Shown one piece after another: positions 1-15,700 of a stretch of 64,000 bases of DNA (position 1 is the first letter of the stretch; every line of letters begins with the position of its first letter). The DNA comes from the human T2T-CHM13v2.0 reference genome, Homo sapiens. Made by a program: the position numbers and the translations under genes. A model generated the notes under the pieces. It had not been told where the DNA came from. It did no database searches and was given only the letters and a program-made list of their open reading frames with translations. The stretch is taken from NCBI RefSeq assembly GCF_009914755.1, contig NC_060933.1. One strand, given 5' to 3'.

Positions 1-378
1 TTTACGCGTAGTTTAAAAGTTGGTCTTCCAGTCCTTGTTCAGGAGAAATTACTTACAGAGGCAAAATTGTTCTGATGCAACATCATACAAAGGGCAGTAC
101 TTTTGTCTTCTGTTTTATTTTGAGAGAAAGGAAAGAAAAGGCAGAAATTTGCCTGAGAGCCATTAAAATAGACATCATGTTATCAGGTATTTTTTCCCCA
201 TAAGGCTTTTACTAAGTACTATTTCTTGGAGGTCAGCACAGCTTAAACATGGAATAAAAATAGTTGGACTAATAAATGTTTTCTTCTGTCTCGTTTTCTG
301 GAAATATAGGGCAAAATCTCAGGTGGAGGGGTACAGGGAACTCTTGGGGAGAAAAAAAGAAAAGGTCACACAAAGTAG

Positions 379-654
<276 letters not shown>

Positions 655-659
655 TAGAG

Positions 660-880
660 CAGTGGTTCTCAACTGGGGCGATTTTGTCCCCCAGCCCCAG
701 GGACATTTGGCAATGTCTAGATACATTTTTGGTTATCACAACTGGGATGGGTGAGTAGGTGCTACTGGCATCTGACTGGTAGAAGCCAGGATGCTGTGAA
801 ACATTCTGCAATAGGAGAGCTCCCCTGACAAAGAATTGTCTGGCCCCAAATGTCTGTAGTGCTAAGGTTGAAAAATTCCA
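660..880. mobile_element. MER20 (hAT-Charlie) relic
   Basis: cagtggttctcaactggggcgattttg...gggacatttggcaatgtct...tgctactggcatct matches the MER20 pattern. Confidence 0.8.
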
Positions 881-3800
881 AGTTCATACATTACATTTGC
901 TTCTTCTAATTGCTTTCCCATCGTCGTTGGGTTTTTTTTAAATTACTGTTTACAATAATGGCACCTAGCCATTATTAATAGCACTTTAGGAGACATTTGC
1001 AAACACTTTCACATGCATGGCTTCATTTGAACCTCCCCGTAAAGCTGTGAGGCAGGTAGGTAGGGAAGGCGGTTATTATTCCCACTTCGCGGATGAGAGA
1101 ACTGAGAGAGCAAGTTTTCTAAGGTCACTTAAACTCTTTTTCAAAGACTTGTAGTTGACACAGTATACTGACATTGTGAAAGTTTGGAAAACATTGGATA
1201 AATGATTTTCCTCCTGGCCCATTCATTTGATTCCACTCTTCAACTTTATAGGGGCCCACTCTCCAATCCAAAAATCAAGAAAGAATCAAATTGACCTGAG
1301 AAGGGAGACAAAAGGCTGAATCAGTACCTTCTTAGGATAAGCTGAAAATTACCCACATTTGGCAAAGGGAAATTGTCTGCCAGACCTAAAAGCTGGCTCG
1401 GATGGGGATGCTCAGTGGCCACTTAAAGTGTTCTTACTGAATAGTTTAATAGTCTTTAGAGAGAGAGAAAATAAAAAAGCACAATGTTGGGTACTTTTTT
1501 TGTAAGAGACATAGTTTGTAGAGATGACCATCCCTGAAACCATGAACAATATAGCTACAGTAATAGAGTGTTTTTCAAGCCAGACTCACGAAGTCATTTA
1601 CAAGGGTTTGTATTATTCTTGTTTGAATTTACATGGCTGATTTTATGAAAAGCTTTGTTCTTGTTATTGTTCTTCAACACAATTTTGTGATGTTGTATGA
1701 ACCAGAAAGAAAGAACAATTCAAAGTAGCTTCCCCAGGCTTAGAGAATAAGTCACTGAAACTATGCTGGTGCAGCCAAGAGCTTCTGGTTTTCCAGAACA
1801 CAGCAAAGCTGGGTATTGCCTCCTATGAATAACTCCTCCTTTCTTATGGTCCTCAAGAACAAAAATAGTCATTCTGTGATTTCATGCTTGGCAAATGAAT
1901 TTTCTTCTTAATTCAGAAATGTTTGTTATAAAAGCTGATAATTAAATCTCATCCAAAAGCATAAAAATAACACCTGATTTCAAATCACATAGAAGTGTAC
2001 AAGAAAGTTATAAAAGTTATTTTAGATGTATTTGCTTCTTTTCTCAAATTTATTTTGACCATGTGGTACTATCAAAAATAAATATTATAGTACTACTCTT
2101 TCAATTCCCAGGAAATTGTAAGGTTTAGCACTTCATATTGTTTCATTTACTAAATTATTTTATACTTCTTTTATTCCTTTTCCCATGACTATATTTTATT
2201 TTATATTTATCACTTAAATATCAATTGCATTTCATTATTGACTTTTATATTTAGTAAGCCTTACTGTTCTAATTTTACCTAGAATTCAGTTGATTTGCTA
2301 ATAATGACATGCCAAAGTGAATCATTATTACACAATCAACAGAAATATTCCACATTATCCCAACATGGGGGCATACAGCTCTATCTGTTCACATATATTT
2401 ATCCATTGATTCCTTCTTTTAGAGAATATTTATTGAATACTTATTCTGTCCTCATGAACGTTACATTCTAACCAGAGAGACGTAATATAACTAATTATTC
2501 CAATCTTTGTTCAGTTATAATTATGAGAAATACTGTTATAAAGAGGCACAAGATATTGTGAGCATTTATGGTCCAGGCCCTGTGGGTCAGGGAAGGGTGA
2601 AGAAGGTGAAAAGGAAGGCAGAAGAAACTGAAGTGTGCGGGCTTCTTGATGTAGAGGAGGCAATGAGTTAGGTGTTGTCAGCTACAGAAGAGAAGCCAAA
2701 TTATATTAATGTGTATGAGTGAATTCTTACTTCTCTCAAATGGGACATACCAAATCAATTTGGAAATGTAGCTGGCAAGTGAAAGGACACCCAACCCAGA
2801 CTGACAGAAGGTAAAAATGGAATTTATCAGCCCGTCTGAGGAATGTGAGCCTGGAGTAGCACCTGCCATATTGGACCTAGGGGCCCAAACAATGTCAGCA
2901 GAGCTCACTGTCATCACCACTTCCCATCTCTGCCATCTGTTGTGTCAGCTTCATTCTTCACAGGCTTCCCACACCACAGTTTAGGTTTACATCTCTAGGT
3001 TCAAGTCTAGGAGAGAAGAGAGATGCCTCCTTTCTAGCAGTTGCAGAGAAAGCCTCAGTGCATCTTACTGATCCTGTCTGAACATCTGATCCTGTGCTCA
3101 TCCCTGAACCAGCCATACTGGCCAGAGAAATGGAGTGCTCTGATTTACTGACCCCGGGTCATGGGTCCACACCTGGAATTATGGGTGATTTCTTCCCCTA
3201 AATCAGGATGCCTTACTTTATAGAAGGAGGAAAGAATTCTAGACAGCATTAACAACAGATGTCCAGTGTTGATTTTGCAAATGCTCTGTGCTTTAATTTT
3301 CAACCTTGTTCTGCTCCAATGAAATAGAGCTTTTGGAAAAGATTTATAAACTAGAGATAAATAAATATGTGCAAGGAAAATAACTTTGAGGTCACTGAAT
3401 TCCAGGAAACTGAGATCACTGAAATTCTGTGTCCCAGAGTGCAATATTTATTTCACAACTGTAGATACGGACACATTCTTAGATACTGCTGTTACTTGTA
3501 CCTCCCTGATCCTGAAGCCAAGAAAGTCTGCAGAATCCTTTTCCTCTGACTACAGCTAATGAGGCTACATAGCTTCAAATCTGTTCCTCTAATGTGGAAA
3601 ATTGCATACATTCTAATAGTATTAGTATCTTGGGTTATTAAATGCTTTCAACTGAATTTCTTGGATCTTCTGTTGTCAGAGAAACATCATAATACATAGG
3701 GCAGGTTTGGAAGAAAGACTGGCCACAAAGGCTTTGAGAGCCTCCTCCTATATTCCTAAAACTACGTTACAGTATTGCATGTGAAGAGATAGGGCTATCT

Positions 3801-4797
3801 ATGACAACTATGTCCTGACTGATTGCTAAGGTTGATTCACATGATCTTGTTAACCAGGCCAGAAGGCAGACAGCTTTTAGTTCACAAGCCAACTCTGATC
3901 AGTTAGTAGTGGCTGACTGGAGAACTATGCTTAAGAATTTCGAGACTATGTCCAAGCTCTGGGGAAAAAGTGCTACAGTTGATTAGTTATGCCTGCCATG
4001 ATTACAGCAATAGGAAGGAGTGGCATGTGTGCCGCCTGTTTGTAATCCCTAAACTGGGAAGGTTTCCCATTTCTTCTGTTTTTCATATGCATTTCTTCCA
4101 TAGCTGTGAGCTAGGAAGAAAATGATTCTTGACCTGTCACATATTCACTGCCAGGGCCAGTGCTAGGGTGAGGAGGCACTCACCCTCAGGGTCGAGCGGG
4201 TACAAGATCAGTACTTCCATGGCCCTAAAAGCGAGTACCTCTCTAAATTTTGTCTTGGGTTTCTCATTTGGTTCACCCCAACCATGGTCTCTGCATGCTC
4301 TGCTAGAGGCTCTAAACGCAATAGTTTATGTAAAGGAAACAAATGCATGGAAACAAAATGTTCAGGAAGAAAAAAAACACACACACAGTAACTGCTGCAA
4401 TGCCATGAAAACTTCCTTAATGAAGACAGCCTCACTTGCTGTTGTCGTATGTCATGGCTGTTTATCTGAGTCAACTCCAGAGTAGCAACATACTTCAGAA
4501 AAACACCACTGTAAGTCAGAGGTCCACTCGGTGAAACAGGGAGCCTAGTTAATGTTAATTGGGTCTTTGCCTTTTGAAAACCAGGACACCAGCCCTATGT
4601 CCCTTAGGGTTGTTTCACTAAAGTAACTCAGCTGTTGTGACATTGAGGTAAGTGTCCTTTATACAAAATCTCCTAATGGTTAAAAAGAAAAACGTGAGGT
4701 TTGAAGACCAGTTGCTCAGTGCGCCTCTTCTAAATGAATGGCAGACAGATACTCTCCGGGTAGAATTACAGACCTAGTTTAGTCACGGTCTTGGTAA

Positions 4798-5238
<441 letters not shown>

Positions 5239-5575
5239 TAACCTTTCATCACAGTGCCGGTCTGAGCTTCACTGTATGCTCATTGGTTGGGCAGCAGTTT
5301 CACAGTATTATTTCTATTTAATAGGGGTGGAACTAAGCCACAGAGAGGTGAAATGGCCTGCCCAGGGTTACACAATAAATGATGAGGCATGTTTTCACTC
5401 CCTCGTTTTTCCTCTCAGAGAGAAAAAAATTAGGGAGGAACCACTGGGAGGAGAGAGGAGGAATACACAGACAGTGTCTTCCCTCCTAGCCACTGTGCAG
5501 TCTGAAGGACCATCACAGACCAGGACCAGCTTACAGAAATGTGGGCACAGAAACCACTGAGACTCCTCTGGTTAA

Positions 5576-6050
<475 letters not shown>

Positions 6051-6372
6051 TGACCCAATTTTGTTTTCATCTATACTATACTCATCCTTATTTTCCAGTT
6101 TTTATTTCCAAGTTTCCTCTCTACAATTTTATTTATTTTAATTATTGTTTTAACTGTCTTCTCTCTATTCTTGCTTTCCTTTTCAAGATTCAGAAAATGT
6201 CTAATATACTCTCATTTTTCCTCAAACTCAACAAAATGAATTAGAATCCTACTAACTCTTTGGAGGCATACATTTAGCATCTGGCTAGAGGAGGACCTCT
6301 GATGAAATTTAAATATACTAAAACTGCCTTTCTGAATTGCTGTTAGTCCCTGCTACCAAACTTCTCTCCTGT

Positions 6373-6688
6373 TTTTTCTTTTCGTTTTGTTTTGTTTTTG
6401 TTTTTGTTTTTGAGGCAGCGTCTTGCCTTGTCACCCAGGCTGGAGTGCAGTGGTGCAGCCTTGGCTCACTACAGCCTTGACCTCCTGGGCTCAGCCTCCC
6501 ACCTCAACCGCCCAAGTAGCTGAGGCTACAGGAGCATGCTACCACACCTGGCTGATTTTTTAATTTTTTTGCAGAGATGGGGTCTCCCTATGGTGTCTAG
6601 GATGATCTGAACTTCTGGGTTCAAGTGATCCTCCTGCCTCAGCCTCCCAAAGTGCTGGGATTACAGGCATGAGCCACTGCACTCAGCC
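6373..6688 (-). mobile_element. Alu (AluJ-like)
   Basis: Reverse-strand Alu with T/TTTG tail. Confidence 0.93.
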
Positions 6689-6919
6689 AGTATTTTTTTT
6701 TCCCCCGAAAGCTCTTCTCCTTACTTATCGCCATACAGGACTACTTAGCGAGGTGTCTAGTTCAGTTTGAAGGCTACCACTGTCCCAAAAGTGCTCAGAT
6801 ACCCCTTCTTGCCCTGTGAAATACTGTGATACAACAATAAATTCACTCTCCAGCACATTGTTTGGACAATGACCTCTGGTTGCTCTTCTTAAGTTTCCAG
6901 TGGATTAAATTCTCTCTGA

Positions 6920-7138
<219 letters not shown>

Positions 7139-7529
7139 TAGCCATCCTTCCTCTCCAGGGAGTGATTTATCTTTAGCACATTGCTTTTGCTCTCACCTGT
7201 CAAACAGAAAAGGGCTGAAATTCTTCTAACAGAGGACCAAAATTCCATATGTGAAAACATACAGCTTAAATTACTTTATAACCAGGAAATGTGAGAAATT
7301 TTTAAGTGTAATTAAAAGAAGTCCCAGAAATCTTTCATGGGATTCCTTTTGTTGTTATTTCTGAAGTTTATTCCATAAGCATTAAATTTTTTTAAGGAGT
7401 AATTTCTGTTTACATCAGCCATAGGAGTAAAATGCTTTGTTAACACAATGAGAGACCCCTGCCCTTTGCAACTCAGTGGCTTCTCAGGATGACATAACTA
7501 AGGAGAGCTTTTTATATTTTGTTCCTCAG

Positions 7530-7664
7530 GATCATAAGAGAATGTTTGGAACCTACTTCCGAGTTGGTTTCTTTGGATCCAAATTTGGGGATTTGGATGA
7601 ACAGGAATTTGTCTACAAAGAGCCTGCAATTACCAAGCTTCCTGAGATCTCACATAGACTAGAG
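7530..7664 (+). CDS. DOCK8: DOCK8 exon 42 (135 bp)
   Basis: gttcctcag|GAT ... GAG|gtaaga; [45 protein letters not shown], containing the conserved DHR-2 YFRVGF motif. Confidence 0.97.
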
Positions 7665-8351
7665 GTAAGAAAAGTGATTCTGTGTGCCTGACCTGGTACA
7701 CTTTACAAAAACAAGTTAGAGTGGGTCATCACCAAAAATAAACAAATAAAGAGTTATGGATTCATCATTGATCTCTACATAAAGTTTTCCCCTTTGCATT
7801 TATAAAAGGCAAAGTAGAAAGGTATTAGGTGAGATCATGAGGTGATGTAATATTTTGATAGTTTTTCCCTAATACTCTGTGTATGCTTTTCACAGTTTGG
7901 AATTTTATATGGTGAATATTTATTTTCAAGTCTGTGCAAAATTCAATCAAGGTCATGTGCTTTCTTATCACCCTTTCCAAATATTAGTAGTTTATACTAG
8001 TAGATAGAGAGTAGTAGAGTTTTTCAACATGAAGTTTAGCATCTTGACTTTGAAGTAATCTAGCCAAATGACTGAATCACCCCTAGATAATGGTGAGGCC
8101 ATCCTTTAGGTATCACTGGATGGCACCTGGGGTCCTTCTGATGTGGAGCTACTCAGCTGTGGCCAGCCCGGCTCCAACCTGCCAGTGAGTGACATTTGGT
8201 CCATAATACAACAGAAAAGTGTAGCATGTTGTTAGAAGCAAAGCTGAAAGCATGGAGAAAAAGAGAAACAGCCTAGAGAAAGGTCAGGACAAAAGAAACA
8301 CAGGTTATAAGGGCCAAACACTAAGAACTCAGTCAAAGGTGCCTCCCCGAT

Positions 8352-8402
8352 GGGATTTGGATGAACAGGAATTTGTTTACAAAGAGCCTGCAATTACCAA
8401 GC
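8352..8402 (+). repeat. Intronic 51-bp duplicate of exon 42 sequence (7588-7638)
   Basis: gggatttggatgaacaggaatttgtYtacaaagagcctgcaattaccaagc occurs at both sites; the only mismatch is C7613 vs T8377. Confidence 0.97.
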
Positions 8403-9081
8403 AGGACTGGGGTCCTTTGAACTGCTCACAATTAACCAAAGATTCACTCCTTAGGCTTTCATTGCTTTGAATTTGTGCCCTCCTATGAGTGTAAAACTTA
8501 AAACATTTGTGTTGCCTAATGGCTTCGTACACTCTCCATCCATGCCAAAAAAGACAAGAGGGTTTATCCTTACTTGACTCAAAGAAGCCATTGCCCAGGG
8601 TGGCTGGGTGAGTTGCCCCAAAATTGTTTAGCACATGAGAAAAAGAGCTAGCAATTGACCCCAGTCCACTTGGTTCCCTATATTGTTTCCCCTACTTAGA
8701 ATTAGAGGTATATATTTTATCTTCTTGTGCACTGTGATTTGCCACAATATGGGAAGGCTGGTGACTTCCAAGTTCCCAGGGTACAGAAGGCGAGAAGTAA
8801 AGAGTGTGATACCCCAGGAGATACCTCAGCAAATATAATGATGTTAGCTGAATTAGAGGCCAAGCATACATCTTATAGGGAAGCATATACCAGTTGACAG
8901 TGCTATTTTTATTTTTGTCTTAGGAAATGCTGAACTTTGCTCATTAGCTCAGAGGAACTCTCAATAATCAGTGAACATCATTCTACCTTGCACTTGCTCC
9001 AAACTTATTTCACTTCCAAGAAGACAAAGAGTTGCATTATGTTAAAATAACCTTTATAAACTGTTGGTTCTTCTTACCTAG

Positions 9082-9207
<126 letters not shown>

Positions 9208-9712
9208 TAAATCCCTTCGTTCTCTACCCAAGAATACCTAATGATCTCATCTATCTGGACTCTCCAAGTCACTTAAATGCAGTCAAACCTTTTCGTCTAG
9301 AGTTCAACTACTAATTGGTCAGATCTTAAAGAAAATATAGTCAAAGGCAGGAATCATAATAGGAGCTACCACTTATTAAGCACCAACTGTGTACCTGGAA
9401 CTGCATTAGGCCCTCTACATACATCATTTTATTTCATCCTGCAACGACCCCTGGAAGTAGATTTTGTCATTCCTATTTTAGAGATGAGAAAACTGAGACA
9501 TGGAAGAGTCAAGCAAGTTTCAAGGTCATGCAAGCAGCAGAGCCAGTACTCAGACTTGAGGTCTGTTGCTTCTGAACCCCTACTCTTCAGCACTGCTCTT
9601 TACTGCCTTTTTATAAAACCTTTAAACTCTCCATTTCAAACTCGACAACACTTAGTGGCTTCCTTCTTTAGGCTGCAAGTATTCCTTCCATCCAAGTCCA
9701 GGATCACTGTGC

Positions 9713-9990
9713 TGTTGGGGGAATGGTAAAAACGGCTTGGGTTTGGGTTTCCTCACTTTCACAAGAGGGTGTGTTCCATTTCACCCCAAAATGGGTGTAC
9801 AGTTCTGATGCTAACACGTGGAGGTGGTATCAGCTCCCACAGGGTAAAGGCTCAGTCCTCCTCAAGACTGCCCTGACTTCAGATGCCAGCTTCAAGAGGG
9901 ACCCCCAGGCCAGCCACGCTTCTGATCAGCCAGCTACAAATTTGGGAGTTTCTATAACCTGTTAGCTTGAAAATAGGAGAAAACAAAGCA

Positions 9991-10032
<42 letters not shown>

Positions 10033-10490
10033 TTGGGAGTTTCTATGATACCTGTTAGATTAAATAATTCACTACAATGACTCACAGAATTCCAAAAAGT
10101 ACTCTGGTTACTATCAGAGTATTATGATAAAGGGTGAACATCTTTTTGTGCCTTTATTTATGGCTTCCTGGCTCATCAGTGTGTTCTCCAACCAGGAAGC
10201 TCCGCCAAGTCTCAGTGTCCAGAGATTTTGTTGGGGTTTCATTATGTAGGCAAATTGAATACAGTCTCCAGCCCCTCTCCTGTCTCCAGAGGTCATCCAG
10301 TTCCTACCCTGTAATCACAGAATTGGTCTTTTTGGTGGCCACTTGGCATCCTGAAGCTATCCAGGGGCCCAGCATGAGTCACCTCATTAGCATCACAAAG
10401 ACACCCATCACTGAGGAAATTCTAAGTGTTTCTAAAGCTCTGTGCTAGGAAATGGAGACAAAGACCAGACATATTCTTTATTATACCACA
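9713..10490. mobile_element. MER21-family LTR
   Basis: ggctcagtcc...aagactgccctgacttcagatgccagc...cacctcattagcat...aagaccagacatattc...tataccaca pattern. Confidence 0.65.
9991..10029 (+). repeat. (AAT)13 microsatellite
   Basis: Read directly from the sequence. Confidence 0.95.
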
Positions 10491-11159
10491 AGCTGATGCT
10501 GCCCACTCAGCCCAACTCACATGTCCATGAATGAGCTTTCTAAGTTACTGGAAATAGTGCAAGTGCAAGGTATCATTAAGGGCCCTGGGACAGAGGACCA
10601 TTCACCATCTAGCAAACCTATAAAATGAAAGGTCCAAACTCCCAGTTCCATCTTCCAGGATATGAAGAAGATAATGGAAGAGGGGAAGAATTGGCCAAAT
10701 TGAAGAGTTTGTTTTTCTACATTTTTCAGAATGCTTTCTCACTTAAGACACATTCCCTAGCCTCGGCTTGAAAGCAGTGGCTGTGGTAAGAGTTTAACTA
10801 ATCTTCAGACACACATGTCTGGGAGATGGAGTTGGCCGTGTGCCCACAGTGATCTGTACATAGCACAAGCTGTGTAAAATGTGACCTCCCTCAGCCAAGG
10901 TGCCCTTTTCCCCTCTTTTAAAATTCCCAGGGTAGGTTGTGAGAGTTTGGAACGAGAGTCTGAACCCAGAGTTACAACCAGATTTCATTATACTAAGTCG
11001 TGATTTACAGTCTGAGGTCAGTGACCCCACCCATCCCTTTCAGTGGGTGAGTGTCCCAGCATCTGAACTCATGGTCACTTTTTTTCCTAAGAGATTGTCG
11101 TCTTTAATGAGTACTTATTCGCTCTGTGTTTGAGGGTGGAGGTGATGTGAGTGTGTGTT

Positions 11160-11680
11160 TAAATGAGGCCTAGGCAGTAAAATTCAGTTTTGGTGTTTAG
11201 TTCTATGAGTTTTGACAAACACATGTGACTACCTTCATAACCAAGATATAGAACAGATCCACCACTCCAAAATACTTCCCGTGCCCATTGGTAGTCCATG
11301 TTGCAATAGTTCCTTCCTTTCCATTGCTGAGTAGTATTCTATTGTGTGACTACCTCACCATTTGCTTGTTAATTCCCCACTGGAGTGACATTTGGGTTGT
11401 TTCTAGTCTTTGTCTGTTATGAATAAAGTTGCTGGAGACATTTGTGTACAGGTTTTTGTATGGACATAAGCTTTCATTTCTCTCATGTACACACATAGGA
11501 GTGGGGTTGCTGGGTCCAATGGTAGTGCAGTTTAACTGCATAAGAGACCGCCAGCTTCTTCTGCAAAGTAGCTGTGCATTTTGCATTCCCACCCTCTGTG
11601 TATGACAGCTCTAGCTGATCTCCATCCTTGCCAGCACTTGATATTGTTAGTTTTCTTTAGTTCGGCCATTCATGCTTCCT
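11160..11680 (-). mobile_element. Old L1 (L1M) 3' fragment
   Basis: ttgctgagtagtattctattgtg...catttgggttgtttctagt...tttgcattcccac...tccatccttgccagcacttg. Confidence 0.75.
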
Positions 11681-12040
11681 CATAACTGTGAGGTAGTCAT
11701 TGTCATTCTGTAAAGGAAAGTTTGTCTCTTTGGAATAGCAGTTTGCAAACTCTCATACCAAGGCTTCCACTGTGGATCAGTTTGCTCTGCTAGGAAGGTG
11801 CGGCCGGTGGCCCTCACTCTCCCCACAGGCACATTCCCCTCTCCCTCCTTGCAGCCCCTTCTGTCCTTGGGGGTGGAGAGGAGGAACTTCTGCTGGCCAC
11901 ATTCTCCCCTGCATCTGTAGCTTTTCTGCACTGGGCAGGGCGGTGCCGGCACGCCGTGTTCCTGCATGCCCCTCCATTGCGTCAGGGATGGCCGTTTGCA
12001 GAATAGCTCATCTTCTCCCTCCGTGCCTTTTCCCCCTTAG

Positions 12041-12397
<357 letters not shown>

Positions 12398-13780
12398 TGA
12401 TTATATGGTTGTCCTTTCACTCTCATAGTGCCAGAAAATCCCATTTAGGCAGCTACATATTTTATAGCACTATTGTATATTAAATATTTAATATTTTAAA
12501 GTTATATCTTTAGTATAAGTGTGTTTATGTATTTAATTATAATATTTAATATATATTTCAATTATAAACTTGTACAACAGATATATTTACATTTTAAATA
12601 TTTTATATAAAATTTTTCTATATTTCAAAGCTTAGAGGTGATTCAAGCATAGTCGTGCTGTTAATTATTGGAGACGGGACCTGCACGTGGGCAGCCCCAG
12701 TGAGGCGGTGGTGTGCTGTGGGAAAGGGCCGTGTAAGGTAGACAAGTTCACTGACTAGCTTCTAGTCCTAGCTTCCTCCTGTGATTTTAAACAAGCTACG
12801 TACCTTCAGTTTCTTCATCTATGCATTAGCAGGAAAGACCTCTAAGTACAGTACAAGATTATACTCATTTTATTAATAAAAGGACTGGTCAAGAAGGTCT
12901 CTCAAACCACAGAATTGTTCAAAATTCTACACACCATAAACAACTTATTATTCTTTAAAACACATATATATACACTTATTTGTCATCCTTTTTATGCAGG
13001 GCCACAGACTTCTCTGTGACTGTGGGTTTGCTGATCACAATTCAGCATTTTCTTTTATAAACCACACCCGTAGTGCTTTGTCCATGATTTTCAGTTTTGC
13101 TTTGTGTAAGCAGAGTGAGAGCTTAAAGATCCTTGTTAAACAATTTGAGAGCAGAAGCCTTCTGGATGTTTATGATGTTTTTCTCCCCGAGACTTTGACA
13201 GCAGTCTTGTGCACACCTAATATGACAGGAATTTTTATAGCAACTCACTTTCATAATATCTTGTCCAACCATTTGGCTTGGTTTTCATAGAAAGAAATCT
13301 TTTTCTTTCCACACCCATAGTTCATCAGTTTCTCCATTATCTAATTAGATTGGGTCATTAAAATAACAAGTATAACAGGCATAATCAAGTTGGTGAACAA
13401 ACACAGATGAATTGTGGTGAATATATACCTCGTCAGGCAGAAGCAGAAATAGCTGAGCTAACTGGAGAGTCATCCAGCAGGTAGTGTTCAGCTGGGTAAC
13501 CACATCAGGGTGTGGCTTTCACAGAAGCTGAAGAAAGCCTGAAGCAGTGACTCAGTCGGGAGGAGGTGGGTTTAGAAGCCATCTGCTGTACTTCCTATAC
13601 TTCTTGGTTTGGACTTTTGAACACTGAGACATTCTAGGCATAACACAGATATAAACTCATGGTGCCCAAAAGCATTTCAAAACCTTTTCTTTTCTTCATT
13701 CCTGCCTTCCTTTCCTTTCCTTCCTTTCCTTTCGTTCTTCCTTTTTTTCTGTGTCTCTGTCTCTCTTTCTCTCTTTTTCA

Positions 13781-14077
<297 letters not shown>

Positions 14078-14129
14078 TGAAGTTTTCTTGGCCTTCCTTC
14101 GTTCCCCAACAACCTCAACAACAGTTCTC

Positions 14130-14537
14130 AGCTGTTTGCTAGGGCTGTAGAACAAAGTTCCATAGACTGGGTGGCTTAAACAACTGAAATTTACTGTCTG
14201 CACAATTCTAGAGGCTAGAAGTTTGAAATCAAGGTGCCAGCACTGTTGGTGCCTTCTGAGGGCTGTGAGGAAAGGGTCTGTTCCAGGCCTCTCTCCCTGA
14301 CCTGTGGACAGCCCTCTTCTCCCTGTGTCTCTTCACATCATCTTCCCTCTGTGTTCGTGTCCAGATTTCCTCTTCTCGTAAGGACACCAGTCATATTGGA
14401 CTAGGGCTTACCCTGCTGGCCTCATTTTAACTTGATTGCCTCTGTAAAGACCCTATCTCCAAAGAAGGTCACATTCTGAGGTACTGAAGGTTAGGACTTC
14501 GACATATACATTTTGGGGGAACACAATTCAACCTATA
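14130..14537 (-). mobile_element. MLT1 (ERVL-MaLR) LTR
   Basis: gggtggcttaaacaac...ttctagaggctagaagtttgaaatcaagg...aaggacaccagtcatattgga...acacaattcaacc. Confidence 0.8.
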
Positions 14538-14669
14538 AAATTCAGAAAAGACTCTACCCCAAACCAGCAGAACTTAGCAAATAGATTGATTGACCCTTAA
14601 AAGAATTCCATTTACTGGAAATTCACCCTCAGTTGGAGAAGGCACAGGTGATATCAAAAGCCTGTGTTA

Positions 14670-15045
<376 letters not shown>

Positions 15046-15406
15046 AAGTTGAGTAACTTGCTCAGTAATAGGAAAAGGCACCTGACAGGGTAGAAAAAAC
15101 ATGGACTTTGAAGATAGACATACTTGTGATCGAATTATGACCTCCTCCCTTACTACCTGTGGCATTCTGTGGAACTTAACCTTACAAATCCCCCTTTGAC
15201 TGTAAAATGGAGAGTATAAAGAGGTTGTTGAGAGGAATAAATGCTAAATGTATGTAAAGTTCCTGGAACATAAGGAATCAAGAAATGTTAGGCCCATCTT
15301 TCTTTTTAACCTGTTAAGAGTATTTTAAATTACTCTGAAAGTCTTTCCCTAGCTGCCTCTTCAAATTCAGGTGGCCTCTCTGTCATAGCTCCAGGCTTGT
15401 CCATAG

Positions 15407-15700
<294 letters not shown>

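Noticed and set aside
8252-8470. 72-aa ORF containing [16 protein letters not shown] as an alternative DOCK8 exon or microprotein
   Set aside because: Only 16 codons derive from the duplicated segment; the upstream sequence is A-rich with no pyrimidine tract or convincing acceptor, and no clear donor follows.
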